Below, in pieces: positions 1-8,589 of a stretch of DNA of 64,000 nt. Made by a program: the position numbers and the translations under genes. The DNA is from Candidatus Binatia bacterium. GTDB taxonomy: Bacteria; Desulfobacterota; Binatia; UBA9968; CAXXLF01. The stretch is from contig CAXXLF010000001.1 in NCBI GenBank assembly GCA_963664015.2, positions 1,088,001 to 1,152,000 on the forward strand, given 5' to 3'. The number at the start of each line of letters is the position of its first letter. Position 1 is the first letter of the stretch. The notes under the pieces are model-generated. The model ran no database searches, was not told the DNA's origin, and worked only from the letters and a program-made list of their open reading frames with translations.

Positions 1-101
1 ACTTTTTGGAATAGATGAGATCAGTTAATCAGTGGACGCATTCTCCGCATTGTCTATTGTTCCAATATCCAATGCTCACCAAAATTATCCATTGATAATT
101 T

Positions 102-452
102 TGGTGGAGGCGGGGGGAATTGAACCCCCGTCCGAAGGTCTTCCATCAAAAACGACTACATGCTTAGCCGCTGATTTAATCTCGCCCGATAAGCCCCCAG
201 TGGCAGGGTCTCACCGGACCAGCCGGTTTAGATCTCGACCTCATCCCCTCCGGCAGGAGACTTGGTCCATCCCGCTAAATGACGTCTTATCCGACCCCGC
301 GGGAGAAAGCCGGTAAGACGCTAACTGCAACTAAGCAGCTAGGGAGTATTCAAAATCATCTGCAGTTAAATGCAGCCTGTTTGTTTAACGGGCCAACAGG
401 ACCCCGGCATGCCGCTTTGACTTCCCACCCCCGTCGAACCCATTTCGCCCCC
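102..452 (-). ncRNA. ssrA: tmRNA
   Basis: 5' GGGGGCGAAAUGGGUUCGACGGGG; 3' tRNA-like end GGUUCAAUUCCCCCCGCCUCCACCA; internal tag ORF at 363-331 encodes ADDFEYSLAA*; adjacent to smpB. Confidence 0.97.
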
Positions 453-471
453 AAGTCTTGGGGAAAAAATC

Positions 472-599
472 AATCGTTAATAGTCAATGGTTAACCGCCC
501 CCACCCAATCTCACCCTTTTAGCCTTTAAACCCTCACCATTTGGTATCGTGGGTCCATCGGGGTCGCTAAGCGAGGAGCCCTATTGACCGTTGACCATT
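472..599. repeat. Inverted pair of 7-mer repeat arms between smpB and ssrA
   Basis: Left arm AATCGTT-AATAGTC-AATGGTT (472-492); right arm CTATT-GACCGTT-GACCATT (581-599) reads AATGGTC-AACGGTC-AATAG on the reverse strand. Confidence 0.55.
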
Positions 600-608
600 T
601 TCTAATGA

Positions 609-1091
609 CTATTCCCGTTTTGCACTTTTCAAAGTACGTTCAACCTCACGCCGCACCTCCTTGCGGCGGATCGAGTCACGCTTGTCGTAGGTTTTTTTAC
701 CACGAGCGAGGGCCATTTCGACCTTCGCACGCCCTTCCTTAAAGTATAACCGGAGCGGCACCAGGGTCAACCCACGTTCTTTGACCTTGCCCGTCAGGCG
801 CTCGATTTCCCTTTTATGTAAGAGGAGTTTGCGCTTTCGGACGGGCTCATGGTTCAACCCGCTAGCCGCCGGGTAGGGACTGATATGGGCATTAAAAAGA
901 AAGGCCTCGCCTTTATTGATACGACCGTAACTGTCCACCAATTGGGCCTTGCCGTCCCTGAGGGACTTCACCTCGCTCCCCATTAGGACCAGGCCGGCCT
1001 CAAAGGTCTCTTCGATTTGGTAATCGAAACGCGCCTTTCGATTAACGCATACGATGTTTTCCTTGTTCGATTTCTGCGCCACTAACGCCAC
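609..1091 (-). CDS. smpB: SsrA-binding protein
   Basis: NRKARFDY, EAGLVLMGSEVKSLR, RKLLLHKREI and GKKTYDKR motifs. Confidence 0.98.
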   Translation of the reverse strand: MALVAQKSNKENIVCVNRKARFDYQIEETFEAGLVLMGSEVKSLRDGKAQLVDSYGRINKGEAFLFNAHISPYPAASGLNHEPVRKRKLLLHKREIERLTGKVKERGLTLVPLRLYFKEGRAKVEMALARGKKTYDKRDSIRRKEVRREVERTLKSAKRE

Positions 1092-1096
1092 CTTAC

Positions 1097-1465
1097 CTAT
1101 GGGCGCCCAATCACGCGCTTTAGAATCTTATTTTGCTCGTCGACGTAGACTAGTGATGGATGGTGAGATTGCCTTTCCCTGTCGTCCATCCAGGCGAAGG
1201 CGGCAATAATAACCCGTTCACCCGTCTTAATACGCAGTGCCGCAGCACCGTTCATGCGGATCTCTCCCCGCCCGGCCTGCCCTGGAATGGCATAGGTTTC
1301 GAGACGCTCCCCGCTGCTCATGCTCCAGACGTGCACCTTCTCATACGGAACGATTACCGCGGCCTCCATAAGAGCGGTGTCGACGGTCACGCTACCCTCA
1401 TAGGCAACGTTGCCGTCGGTGATCCTGGCCCCGTGAATTTTTCCCTTAAGGAGACATACGTTCAT
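1097..1465 (-). CDS. panD: Aspartate 1-decarboxylase
   Basis: KIH...YEGS self-cleavage site, RLETY, NGAAA; in pan operon. Confidence 0.95.
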   Translation of the reverse strand: MNVCLLKGKIHGARITDGNVAYEGSVTVDTALMEAAVIVPYEKVHVWSMSSGERLETYAIPGQAGRGEIRMNGAAALRIKTGERVIIAAFAWMDDRERQSHHPSLVYVDEQNKILKRVIGRP

Positions 1466-1474
1466 TTTTTCCCT

Positions 1475-2320
1475 CTATGCTTCAAGCAGGCTATTGTCAA
1501 TGAGCCGAGCGCGGCCAACCCAAACCGCCAGGGCAAGCAGGGTCTTACCTTGAACCCTCTCGACGGCCTCAAGGCTCTCTGGATCGCAAAGTTCGAGATA
1601 CTCGGGCCTGGCTAACGGTTCCCTGGCAATTTCAGCACGGACCTCCCCCAGGATCCCCCCCCCGTTTGTCTCACCTAACTGCACCAGATCCTGGGCTTTT
1701 TTAAGGGCCCGAGAGAGACAGAGGGCCGCTCTCCTTTCCGCCTCATTCAGGTAAGAGTTTCGGGAACTCATGGCAAGCCCGTCGGCCTCTCGCACGATTG
1801 GGTATCCAACCAGTTCGATATCAAAGTTCATATCCTCAACCAACCGGCGAATAACCAGAAATTGCTGGTAGTCTTTCAAGCCAAAGACTGCCACGTGGGG
1901 GCGAACCATATTAAAGAGCTTGGCAACCACAATCGCCACACCCTGAAAATGCCCGGGACGATATGGACCGCAAAGAAACCGGCTCAACTCGCCCACCTCC
2001 ACTTTAGCCTGGAACCCTGGCGGATAAACCGATTCCGTCTTCGGGTAGAAGAGGAGATCCACGCCCTCCTCTGCAAGCAATTGCCGGTCCTTCTCGAAAT
2101 CACGCGGGTAGGAAGCCAGGTCTTCGCCAGGGCTAAACTGGACTGGATTGACAAAAATCGAGACGACGAGGAGATCCCCCCGTTTGCGGCCCTCCCGGAC
2201 CAACTCGAGATGGGCATCATGGAGGAATCCCATGGTAGGAACCAGGACCACCCGCCTTCCCTGGCGCCGCTGCCCTTCACTCCAGCGCTGCATCTCCCCA
2301 ATCTCTGCTACGATTTGCAT
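1475..2320 (-). CDS. panC: Pantoate-beta-alanine ligase
   Basis: VPTMGFLHDAH, SIFVNP, RPGHFQGV, GLAMSSRN, RLIDN. Confidence 0.98.
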   Translation of the reverse strand: MQIVAEIGEMQRWSEGQRRQGRRVVLVPTMGFLHDAHLELVREGRKRGDLLVVSIFVNPVQFSPGEDLASYPRDFEKDRQLLAEEGVDLLFYPKTESVYPPGFQAKVEVGELSRFLCGPYRPGHFQGVAIVVAKLFNMVRPHVAVFGLKDYQQFLVIRRLVEDMNFDIELVGYPIVREADGLAMSSRNSYLNEAERRAALCLSRALKKAQDLVQLGETNGGGILGEVRAEIAREPLARPEYLELCDPESLEAVERVQGKTLLALAVWVGRARLIDNSLLEA

Positions 2321-2332
2321 AGACCGCCACGC

Positions 2333-3136
2333 TTAATGGAACGTCTGCTCCTCCCCAGGGAAGAGATCTTCTCGGACGTCGGTTACGAAACTTTTTACAG
2401 CATCGGTGATCACACCCCTAAGATCAGCATACCGTTTGACAAACTTAGGCGTGTATCGATCAAAGAGCCCGAGCATGTCATGGACGACAAGCACCTGCCC
2501 GTCGCAATGAACCCCAGCCCCAATGCCTATGGTTGGGATCGACAAGCGCTCGGTGATCTCCTGAGCCAAACTCATCGGTATCCCTTCCAAAACCAGGGCA
2601 AATGCGCCTGCCTCTTCCACCGCCAAGGCGTCTCGAACAATGGCCTCACGCTGCGCCTTTTCCTTGCCTTGAACCCGGTAGCCACCGAACTGGTGAATAC
2701 GCTGTGGAGTAAGCCCGACATGGCCCATAACCGGAATCCCGGCCTCTACGATTGCCTTGATTGTCGCAGCCATCTCCACACCTCCCTCCAGCTTTACAGC
2801 CTCCGCTCTCCCTTCCTTTACGAGCCGACCGGCGTTCCTCTTAGCGTCTTCGATTTCCACCTGAAAGGATAGAAAGGGCATGTCGGCGACAACCAGGGCT
2901 CGTTTGCAACCGCGCACCACGGCTTTGGTATGGTATACCATCTCATCCATTGTAACAGTGAGAGTGTTCTCCTGCCCTTGAATCACAGCCCCCAGAGAGT
3001 CCCCCACCAGGAGGATATCGATCCCCGCTTCATCCAGGATTTGGGCAAAGGAATAATCATAGGCCGTCAGGGCCGCAATCTTTTCATCTCTGCCTTTTCT
3101 TTTCTTAATCTCCGGCACCGTAATTTTTCCGTCCAT
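2333..3136 (-). CDS. panB: 3-methyl-2-oxobutanoate hydroxymethyltransferase
   Basis: [39 protein letters not shown]. Confidence 0.98.
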   Translation of the reverse strand: MDGKITVPEIKKRKGRDEKIAALTAYDYSFAQILDEAGIDILLVGDSLGAVIQGQENTLTVTMDEMVYHTKAVVRGCKRALVVADMPFLSFQVEIEDAKRNAGRLVKEGRAEAVKLEGGVEMAATIKAIVEAGIPVMGHVGLTPQRIHQFGGYRVQGKEKAQREAIVRDALAVEEAGAFALVLEGIPMSLAQEITERLSIPTIGIGAGVHCDGQVLVVHDMLGLFDRYTPKFVKRYADLRGVITDAVKSFVTDVREDLFPGEEQTFH

Positions 3137-3198
3137 GGATTGGCACCTCCAGAGAATTAACGGGAAGAGCTACCGTTTCTCCCATTTGGAAACCCCAT

Positions 3199-3323
3199 TG
3201 GTCCTTCGACTTTGCTCAGGATGGTGAGCGTGCCCGTCGAGAGCCTCATGGTTCGAGTTCCTCATCATGACCGTTAGCATGGTCGAAGGGTCAGGGCCGG
3301 GAGCCTGTCGATGGGTCGAACCA
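3199..3323. repeat. Nested REP/MITE-like palindromic element
   Basis: CCTTCGACTTTGCTCAGGATGGTGAGC...GTCGAACCA enclosing further GGTTCGAG / GTCGAAGG / GAGCCTGTCGA units. Confidence 0.55.
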
Positions 3324-3361
3324 TTATGTCCCCGCGGTAAACCGCTGGGTTGCCCAATAAT

Positions 3362-3392
3362 AAAAAAGCCTCCCGTACCGAGCTGGAAGGCT
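3362..3392 (-). terminator. Intrinsic terminator/attenuator between the kinase gene and panB
   Basis: Minus-strand AGCCUUCC-(13 nt)-GGGAGGCU followed by a U-run. Confidence 0.65.
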
Positions 3393-3485
3393 ATCTCTGC
3401 CAAAAGAACCACACGAGACCTATTAGACCCATTGGGCCATAATAGGGCGGCAGATTAGGGCTATCGCCATCCGTCTCAGTCCAGA

Positions 3486-4127
3486 CTATCTGGATCCAAG
3501 CGATATATAATGCTGCGTTCCCGAGCCCATCGTATCGATCTCTTTGATCAAGTCAGCCAAATGATCGCTGCTCGTCATAAAATCAATATCCGAGGTGTTG
3601 ATGGCCAACAGGGGAGTATCATCGTAGCGAAAGAAAAATTCATTGTAGGCCCGTGCAACCTCGGTCAGATACTCGGGGGAAACATCTCTGTCGAAACTCT
3701 TGTTTCTCTTCTTTATTCTTTTATACAGGATATCAGGTCTGGCCTGCAAATAGACAACCAAATCGGGCTTCGGAACCCTGGGGCCCAAGGTCTGATAGAG
3801 CTGCTTGTACAGTGCGATTTCCTCGCTGCTCAGATTCAGCGACGCAAAGATTTGGTCCTTGGCGAATAGATAATCGGCCACTACGTTTTGGCTGAACAGT
3901 TCCTGCTGCATCAGTTCTCTCTGCTGCTGATAACGGCTTAGGAGAAAGAAGATTTGGGTCTGGAAGGCGTGGGTATCCCGATCCTGATAGAACTTGGTTA
4001 GAAACGGGTTTTCCTCGACTTTTTCAAAGATTCCACGCGCTTGGAATTCAGCCACCAGGCTTTTTGCCAGGCTCGTCTTGCCGACACCGATAGGGCCCTC
4101 TACGACTATGTATCGGGGCTTTTTCAT
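3486..4127 (-). CDS. Deoxynucleoside kinase family protein
   Basis: P-loop EGPIGVGKTS, NPFL, PDLVVYLQA, RIKKR. Confidence 0.93.
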   Translation of the reverse strand: MKKPRYIVVEGPIGVGKTSLAKSLVAEFQARGIFEKVEENPFLTKFYQDRDTHAFQTQIFFLLSRYQQQRELMQQELFSQNVVADYLFAKDQIFASLNLSSEEIALYKQLYQTLGPRVPKPDLVVYLQARPDILYKRIKKRNKSFDRDVSPEYLTEVARAYNEFFFRYDDTPLLAINTSDIDFMTSSDHLADLIKEIDTMGSGTQHYISLGSR

Positions 4128-4137
4128 CCCGAGGAAT

Positions 4138-4166
4138 ACCTTACAATAACGACCTGAGATTGTCTA
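4138..4166 (-). promoter_or_regulatory. Putative sigma70 promoter of the kinase gene
   Basis: TAGACA-17 nt-TAAGGT, 10 nt before the ATG. Confidence 0.45.
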
Positions 4167-4185
4167 GCAACACCCCGTGGAGGGG

Positions 4186-5532
4186 TCAGGGTAACCGGTA
4201 GGCGCTATAGGCCACCAATTTGTTGACATCCTGGGCCAGCTCCCCTACCCATTGCTCCTCAATGAGATCGGCCGGACACTTGCCCTGGTGGATCAGAAGT
4301 TCTTGCAAGGATTTGAGATAGAGAGTCTCGTCTTCTCCATTGCTGTTAAGGATCCGTTGGCGCTTGAGCCCTTCCCAACCAATTTGGAAGAGTTCCTTGG
4401 CCAGGTCAAGCAGGGAGTGATGGCGAATCCGCGCGCCAAGGGCCTCCCGATGAGCATCGTGGTAGAGCCTCATCCTCTCGTCGATAGACCACCCCTTGAC
4501 CAAGTCCCAGGCCGCTTCCAGACAATCCGCTTCGTAGAAAATTCCTTTGACGAGAGCCGAAAGGGATAGCATCATTTCCGGAGACTGGCTGTCCGCAGAG
4601 CGTATCTCCATATACCGCTTGATTCGAACCTCCGGGAACAAGGTGGTCAAGTGCAGTTCCCAATCGTCAGTCGTGGCGTAATGCCCCATATGACCGTGGG
4701 CCAGAAAGTGACGAAAAGGAACGCCAGAAAAATCTATGTAATTTCCATCCCGTTTAATGAAGTACATGGGGACATCAAGGGCATAGTCAACAAAGTTGCC
4801 GAAGTTCACATCGGGGGAAAAGGCAAATGGGAGAAGACCGCAACGATCCCGGTCCGTGTCGGTCCAGATATGGCCGCGGATAGTCTTATAACCGCTGAGG
4901 ACGCCCTCAGAGATGGGAGAATTGGCAAAGATGGCTGAGATCAAGGGACAAATTCCCATTCCGGTGCGAAACTTTGCCATCGCGTCCTGCTCGTCGCTAT
5001 AGTCGATATTGACCTGCACCGTAGCGGTCTGCTTCATCATCCGATGGCCCAGGGTTCCCACCTTGGCCATGTAAGGCGCCATGATACGGTAGCGCCTCTT
5101 GGGAACCCATTCGATTTCCGCCAGGGAACTCACCGGTTGCATACCGAGCCCCAGGAAAGCGACTCCCAACCTTTCAGCAACCTCCAGAAGCTCGTGAATG
5201 TGCTGGGTAAACTCGGCATTGGAACAGTGAATACTCTCGCAGGGCTCACCGCTGAGTTCAATCTGACCTCCGGGCTCTAAATTGATTTCAGCTCGTTCAC
5301 CGGTCAACGCGATTATGTGGCCGTCTTCTATCTGGGGACGCCAGTTGTAACGCTCCACCAGCGCCTTGAGAATGGCCTCCACTCCCGCCGCGCCCCCGTA
5401 GGAAATAGCCTGCCCATTACGGCAATCGATCCCGACCTTTTCGTATTCGGTACCGACGCGCCATTGATCGCGCGGCTTACCCCACGAATGAAATAATTCT
5501 TCGAGCTCTTCTTTTTTAGTGATATCGGACAT
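4186..5532 (-). CDS. gshA: Glutamate-cysteine ligase (GCS2, plant/alphaproteobacterial type)
   Basis: VGTEYEK, LEPGGQIELSG, WVPKRRYRIM, TATVQVNIDY, HLTTLFPEVR; probable start MSDITK at 5532. Confidence 0.88.
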   Translation of the reverse strand: MSDITKKEELEELFHSWGKPRDQWRVGTEYEKVGIDCRNGQAISYGGAAGVEAILKALVERYNWRPQIEDGHIIALTGERAEINLEPGGQIELSGEPCESIHCSNAEFTQHIHELLEVAERLGVAFLGLGMQPVSSLAEIEWVPKRRYRIMAPYMAKVGTLGHRMMKQTATVQVNIDYSDEQDAMAKFRTGMGICPLISAIFANSPISEGVLSGYKTIRGHIWTDTDRDRCGLLPFAFSPDVNFGNFVDYALDVPMYFIKRDGNYIDFSGVPFRHFLAHGHMGHYATTDDWELHLTTLFPEVRIKRYMEIRSADSQSPEMMLSLSALVKGIFYEADCLEAAWDLVKGWSIDERMRLYHDAHREALGARIRHHSLLDLAKELFQIGWEGLKRQRILNSNGEDETLYLKSLQELLIHQGKCPADLIEEQWVGELAQDVNKLVAYSAYRLP

Positions 5533-6550
5533 GGGCGCGAATATTCTTGACAAACGGTGGCGAGATAATGCCTTTCTCGGTAATAATGCCCGCGATTAAC
5601 TCCTGTGGCGTGATGTCAAAAGCGGGATTGAGAACTCCGATGCCCCGGGGGGCGATGGCATGGCCGAAAATATGCGTAACCTCCTTGCGATCCCTCATCT
5701 CGATGGGAATCCCGGCTCCCGAGATACACTTTAGGTCAATGGAGGAGATTGGGCAAGCCACGTAAAAGGGGACCGCATGCTGCCGGGCCAAAACGGCAAT
5801 GGTATAGGTCCCGATCTTGTTCGCAACATCGCCGTTGGCGGCGGCTCGATCACACCCAACGATCACTGCGTCCAATTTTGTCTTCTGCATGAGATAGCCC
5901 ACCGTATTGTCCGTAATCAGTGTAACCGGGATACGTTCTTTCTTGAGTTCCCAGGTCGTGAGCCGGGCCCCCTGTAGAAACGGCCGGGTCTCGTTGACAA
6001 AGACCTCGATTCGCTTACCCATCTCCTTGCTAGCACGAAATACACCGAGGGCCGTGCCATACCCGGCCGTGGCGAGGGCACCAGCGTTACAGGTGGTCAG
6101 AACCTTGGAACCGTTCTTCAGTAGTTTGGCGCCCCATTTCCCCAGGCTACGGTTGGTCGCAATGTCTTCCTCATAGATCTTTTGAGCCTCTAACTTGAGT
6201 AGTTGTTTGACCGACTCGATCCCCAGGCTCCGATTTTCCACATAGACCCCGCGCATGCGCTCCAGGGCCCAGAATAGGTTAATCGCGGTGGGCCGAGCCT
6301 TTGCGAAGACACTGAATATCCGTTCGATTTCCCGATCAAAATTCTTCTCCTTCACCCAGAGGGCTCCCAGGGCAATTCCCATGGCCGTGGTCACGCCGAT
6401 TGCCGGGGCGCCACGGACAACCATTTCACGTATGGCACGGGCAACTTCATTATAGTCCTTATAAACGCGGTAGACCTCCTTATCGGGGAGCAGCCGCTGG
6501 TCGAGCAATATGACCTGATTGTTTTTCCACTCGATTGTTTTGACAGCCAT
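5516..6550 (-). CDS. mtnA: S-methyl-5-thioribose-1-phosphate isomerase
   Basis: LLDQRLLP, VRGAPAIG, ARPTAINL, CNAGALAT, ETRPFLQGARLT, NKIGTY; probable start MAVKT at 6550. Confidence 0.95.
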   Translation of the reverse strand: MAVKTIEWKNNQVILLDQRLLPDKEVYRVYKDYNEVARAIREMVVRGAPAIGVTTAMGIALGALWVKEKNFDREIERIFSVFAKARPTAINLFWALERMRGVYVENRSLGIESVKQLLKLEAQKIYEEDIATNRSLGKWGAKLLKNGSKVLTTCNAGALATAGYGTALGVFRASKEMGKRIEVFVNETRPFLQGARLTTWELKKERIPVTLITDNTVGYLMQKTKLDAVIVGCDRAAANGDVANKIGTYTIAVLARQHAVPFYVACPISSIDLKCISGAGIPIEMRDRKEVTHIFGHAIAPRGIGVLNPAFDITPQELIAGIITEKGIISPPFVKNIRAHVRYH

Positions 6551-6662
6551 TATTGTGTTTCCTATTTGGAGCGGGTCCAGTATATTAGGGAGTTGAAGCA
6601 AGCGTCAAGGGCTTGCCTTCCCTGGTCCACCCATTTTCAGGGAAATTATATAAACTGCAACC

Positions 6663-6920
6663 ATGGACCTATACAGTGTTCTCGGCTACCTATCGGGCCT
6701 TTACCTCATCAGGCCGGATATGGAGCCTTCGACCTTTATCCGCACGGCCCTGTTGATCCACCTACTCGATGGCTTGCTCTGCCGGGTCATTGCCATTCAC
6801 TCGGGCCGTAACCGGTCCCTTTGGACCCTGGGCGGATTGCTGTTCGGAATCTGGGCCCTAGCGCCCCTCTTTTTACTTTCTGAAATTGACGCGACCCGTG
6901 CCGCGCGCCCAAAGGAGTGA
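6663..6920 (+). CDS. Small hypothetical membrane protein
   Basis: 85 aa with 2-3 hydrophobic segments; fills the gap and ends 18 nt before acpS. Confidence 0.65.
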   Translation: MDLYSVLGYLSGLYLIRPDMEPSTFIRTALLIHLLDGLLCRVIAIHSGRNRSLWTLGGLLFGIWALAPLFLLSEIDATRAARPKE

Positions 6921-6938
6921 AAGTAGAAACCCAAGACA

Positions 6939-7346
6939 ATGGTGATAGGCGTAGGGGTCGATCTAATTGAGGTGCCTCGGGTCAAGGAGGCCCTGGAGAG
7001 TGGCCGGACCGGTCATCGGTTTCGGAAGCGCGTTTACACCGCCGGTGAGATCGACTACTGCGAAGGTCTCAAACGAAAATACGAGAGCTACGCGGGGCGC
7101 TTTGCCGCCAAGGAGGCGGTAATGAAGTCTTTGGGAGTGGGTTGGGGCAGAAGGGCGGGATGGCTTGACATCGAAGTCTGTTCGACCGGGACCGGAGAGC
7201 CACAAATCAGACTCCACGACAAGGCTTCAGCCCGCGCCAAAAATCTAGGGATTCGCAGCTTCTCCATATCCCTCACCCACACGGACCACTACGCCATCGC
7301 ATACGTGATCGCCGAGGGTGAAGGGGATATTTCCTCAGCACCGTAA
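6939..7346 (+). CDS. acpS: Holo-ACP synthase
   Basis: GVGVDL, AGRFAAKEAVMKSLG, ISLTH. Confidence 0.96.
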   Translation: MVIGVGVDLIEVPRVKEALESGRTGHRFRKRVYTAGEIDYCEGLKRKYESYAGRFAAKEAVMKSLGVGWGRRAGWLDIEVCSTGTGEPQIRLHDKASARAKNLGIRSFSISLTHTDHYAIAYVIAEGEGDISSAP

Positions 7347-7373
7347 CGCAACACCCCGCCAACGGGTCCCGTG

Positions 7374-8567
7374 TCAGTCCATCCGTTTTCTCAGGAAAGT
7401 CGGGATGTCAAATTCGTCCTCATCCTGTTCGACAGGAACAGACTTCTCCAACGGGATGGCATCATCCTCCTTAGCGTTCTGTTCCTTTCTCTTCCAGGTG
7501 GGAGCATCCCAATTATCGTTGATCATCCCCAGATGGACTACCTTGCGGGTACTGAGTTCCTTGTTGGCCAGGCCATCCATCGAACCCTTTGCCATTCGCC
7601 TTCCCTTTTGCTTGTCTCCGAAGCCAGTGGCAATGACCGTAATACGGATTTCGTCCTTGATGTTCTCGTCAATGACGGCGCCAAAGATAATGTTGGCATC
7701 ATCGTGAGCTTCGCTCTGAATCAAAGTGGCCGCCTCGTTGACTTCATGCAAGGCCAGGTCCGGTCCCCCCGTAATGTTGATCAAGACGCCCTTAGCTCCG
7801 TGAATCGAGACATCCTCTAGCAGAGGGCTCGAAATTGCTTGTTGGGCCGCCTCTATGGCTCGATTCTCACCGGATGCGGAGGCTGCCCCCATTAGAGCCA
7901 ATCCCATTTCAAGCATGACCGCGCGCACATCGGCGAAGTCGAGATTGATCAGGCCCGGGGTGACGATGAGATCGGAAATACCTCGCACAGCCTGGAGCAG
8001 GATACCGTCTGCCATTTTGAAGGTTTCCAACAGCGTCGTTGCCTTCCCGGCAATGCTCAAGAGCCGCTGATTGGGGATAACAATTAGCGTATCCACGTTC
8101 TCCTTGAGTTCACGTAAACCTTCTTCAGCTTGAACCATTCGCTTTTTGCCTTCGAAGATGAAGGGCTTGGTCACCACTCCCACAGTGAGTGCGCCAATCT
8201 CGCGAGCGACACTGGCAATCACCGGGGCTCCACCGGTTCCTGTGCCTCCCCCCATGCCGGCCGTGATGAAAACCATATCCGACCCTTCCAGATAACGCTG
8301 GATGCGGTCTCGGTCTTCCAAGGCGGCCCGACGACCGACCTCTGGGTTAGCACCGGCACCCAACCCCTTGGTGATCTTCTCTCCCAGTTGAATCTTGACC
8401 AGCGCCCCGCTCGCCTCCAGGGCTTGTCCATCCGTGTTGGCCACGATGAAGCCCACGCCAGTCAGGTTAGCGCCAATCATCGTACTGATTGCGTTTCCCC
8501 CTCCTCCGCCGACACCCACCGCCTTAATTCGCGCACTCAACTGGACCTGCTCCACAATCTCGAACAT
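7374..8567 (-). CDS. ftsZ: Cell division protein FtsZ
   Basis: [25 protein letters not shown]-terminal DIPTFLR; GGAGGGG RBS before ATG at 8567. Confidence 0.99.
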   Translation of the reverse strand: MFEIVEQVQLSARIKAVGVGGGGGNAISTMIGANLTGVGFIVANTDGQALEASGALVKIQLGEKITKGLGAGANPEVGRRAALEDRDRIQRYLEGSDMVFITAGMGGGTGTGGAPVIASVAREIGALTVGVVTKPFIFEGKKRMVQAEEGLRELKENVDTLIVIPNQRLLSIAGKATTLLETFKMADGILLQAVRGISDLIVTPGLINLDFADVRAVMLEMGLALMGAASASGENRAIEAAQQAISSPLLEDVSIHGAKGVLINITGGPDLALHEVNEAATLIQSEAHDDANIIFGAVIDENIKDEIRITVIATGFGDKQKGRRMAKGSMDGLANKELSTRKVVHLGMINDNWDAPTWKRKEQNAKEDDAIPLEKSVPVEQDEDEFDIPTFLRKRMD

Positions 8568-8589
8568 ACTCACCCCTCCTTCTCAAATC

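Noticed and set aside
102-135. tRNA-like 3' end
   Set aside because: It is the tRNA-like domain of tmRNA; there is no anticodon arm.
32-494. Plus-strand ORFs 32..316 and 279..494
   Set aside because: Antisense to tmRNA.
1862-2872. 336-aa plus-strand ORF, and similar long antisense ORFs at 9112, 22309, 32668, 38053, 45879 and 59547
   Set aside because: They lie opposite well-conserved genes and have no recognisable motifs; expected from codon bias.
1097-4127. Deoxynucleoside kinase linked to panBCD as a novelty
   Set aside because: A widely seen gene order.
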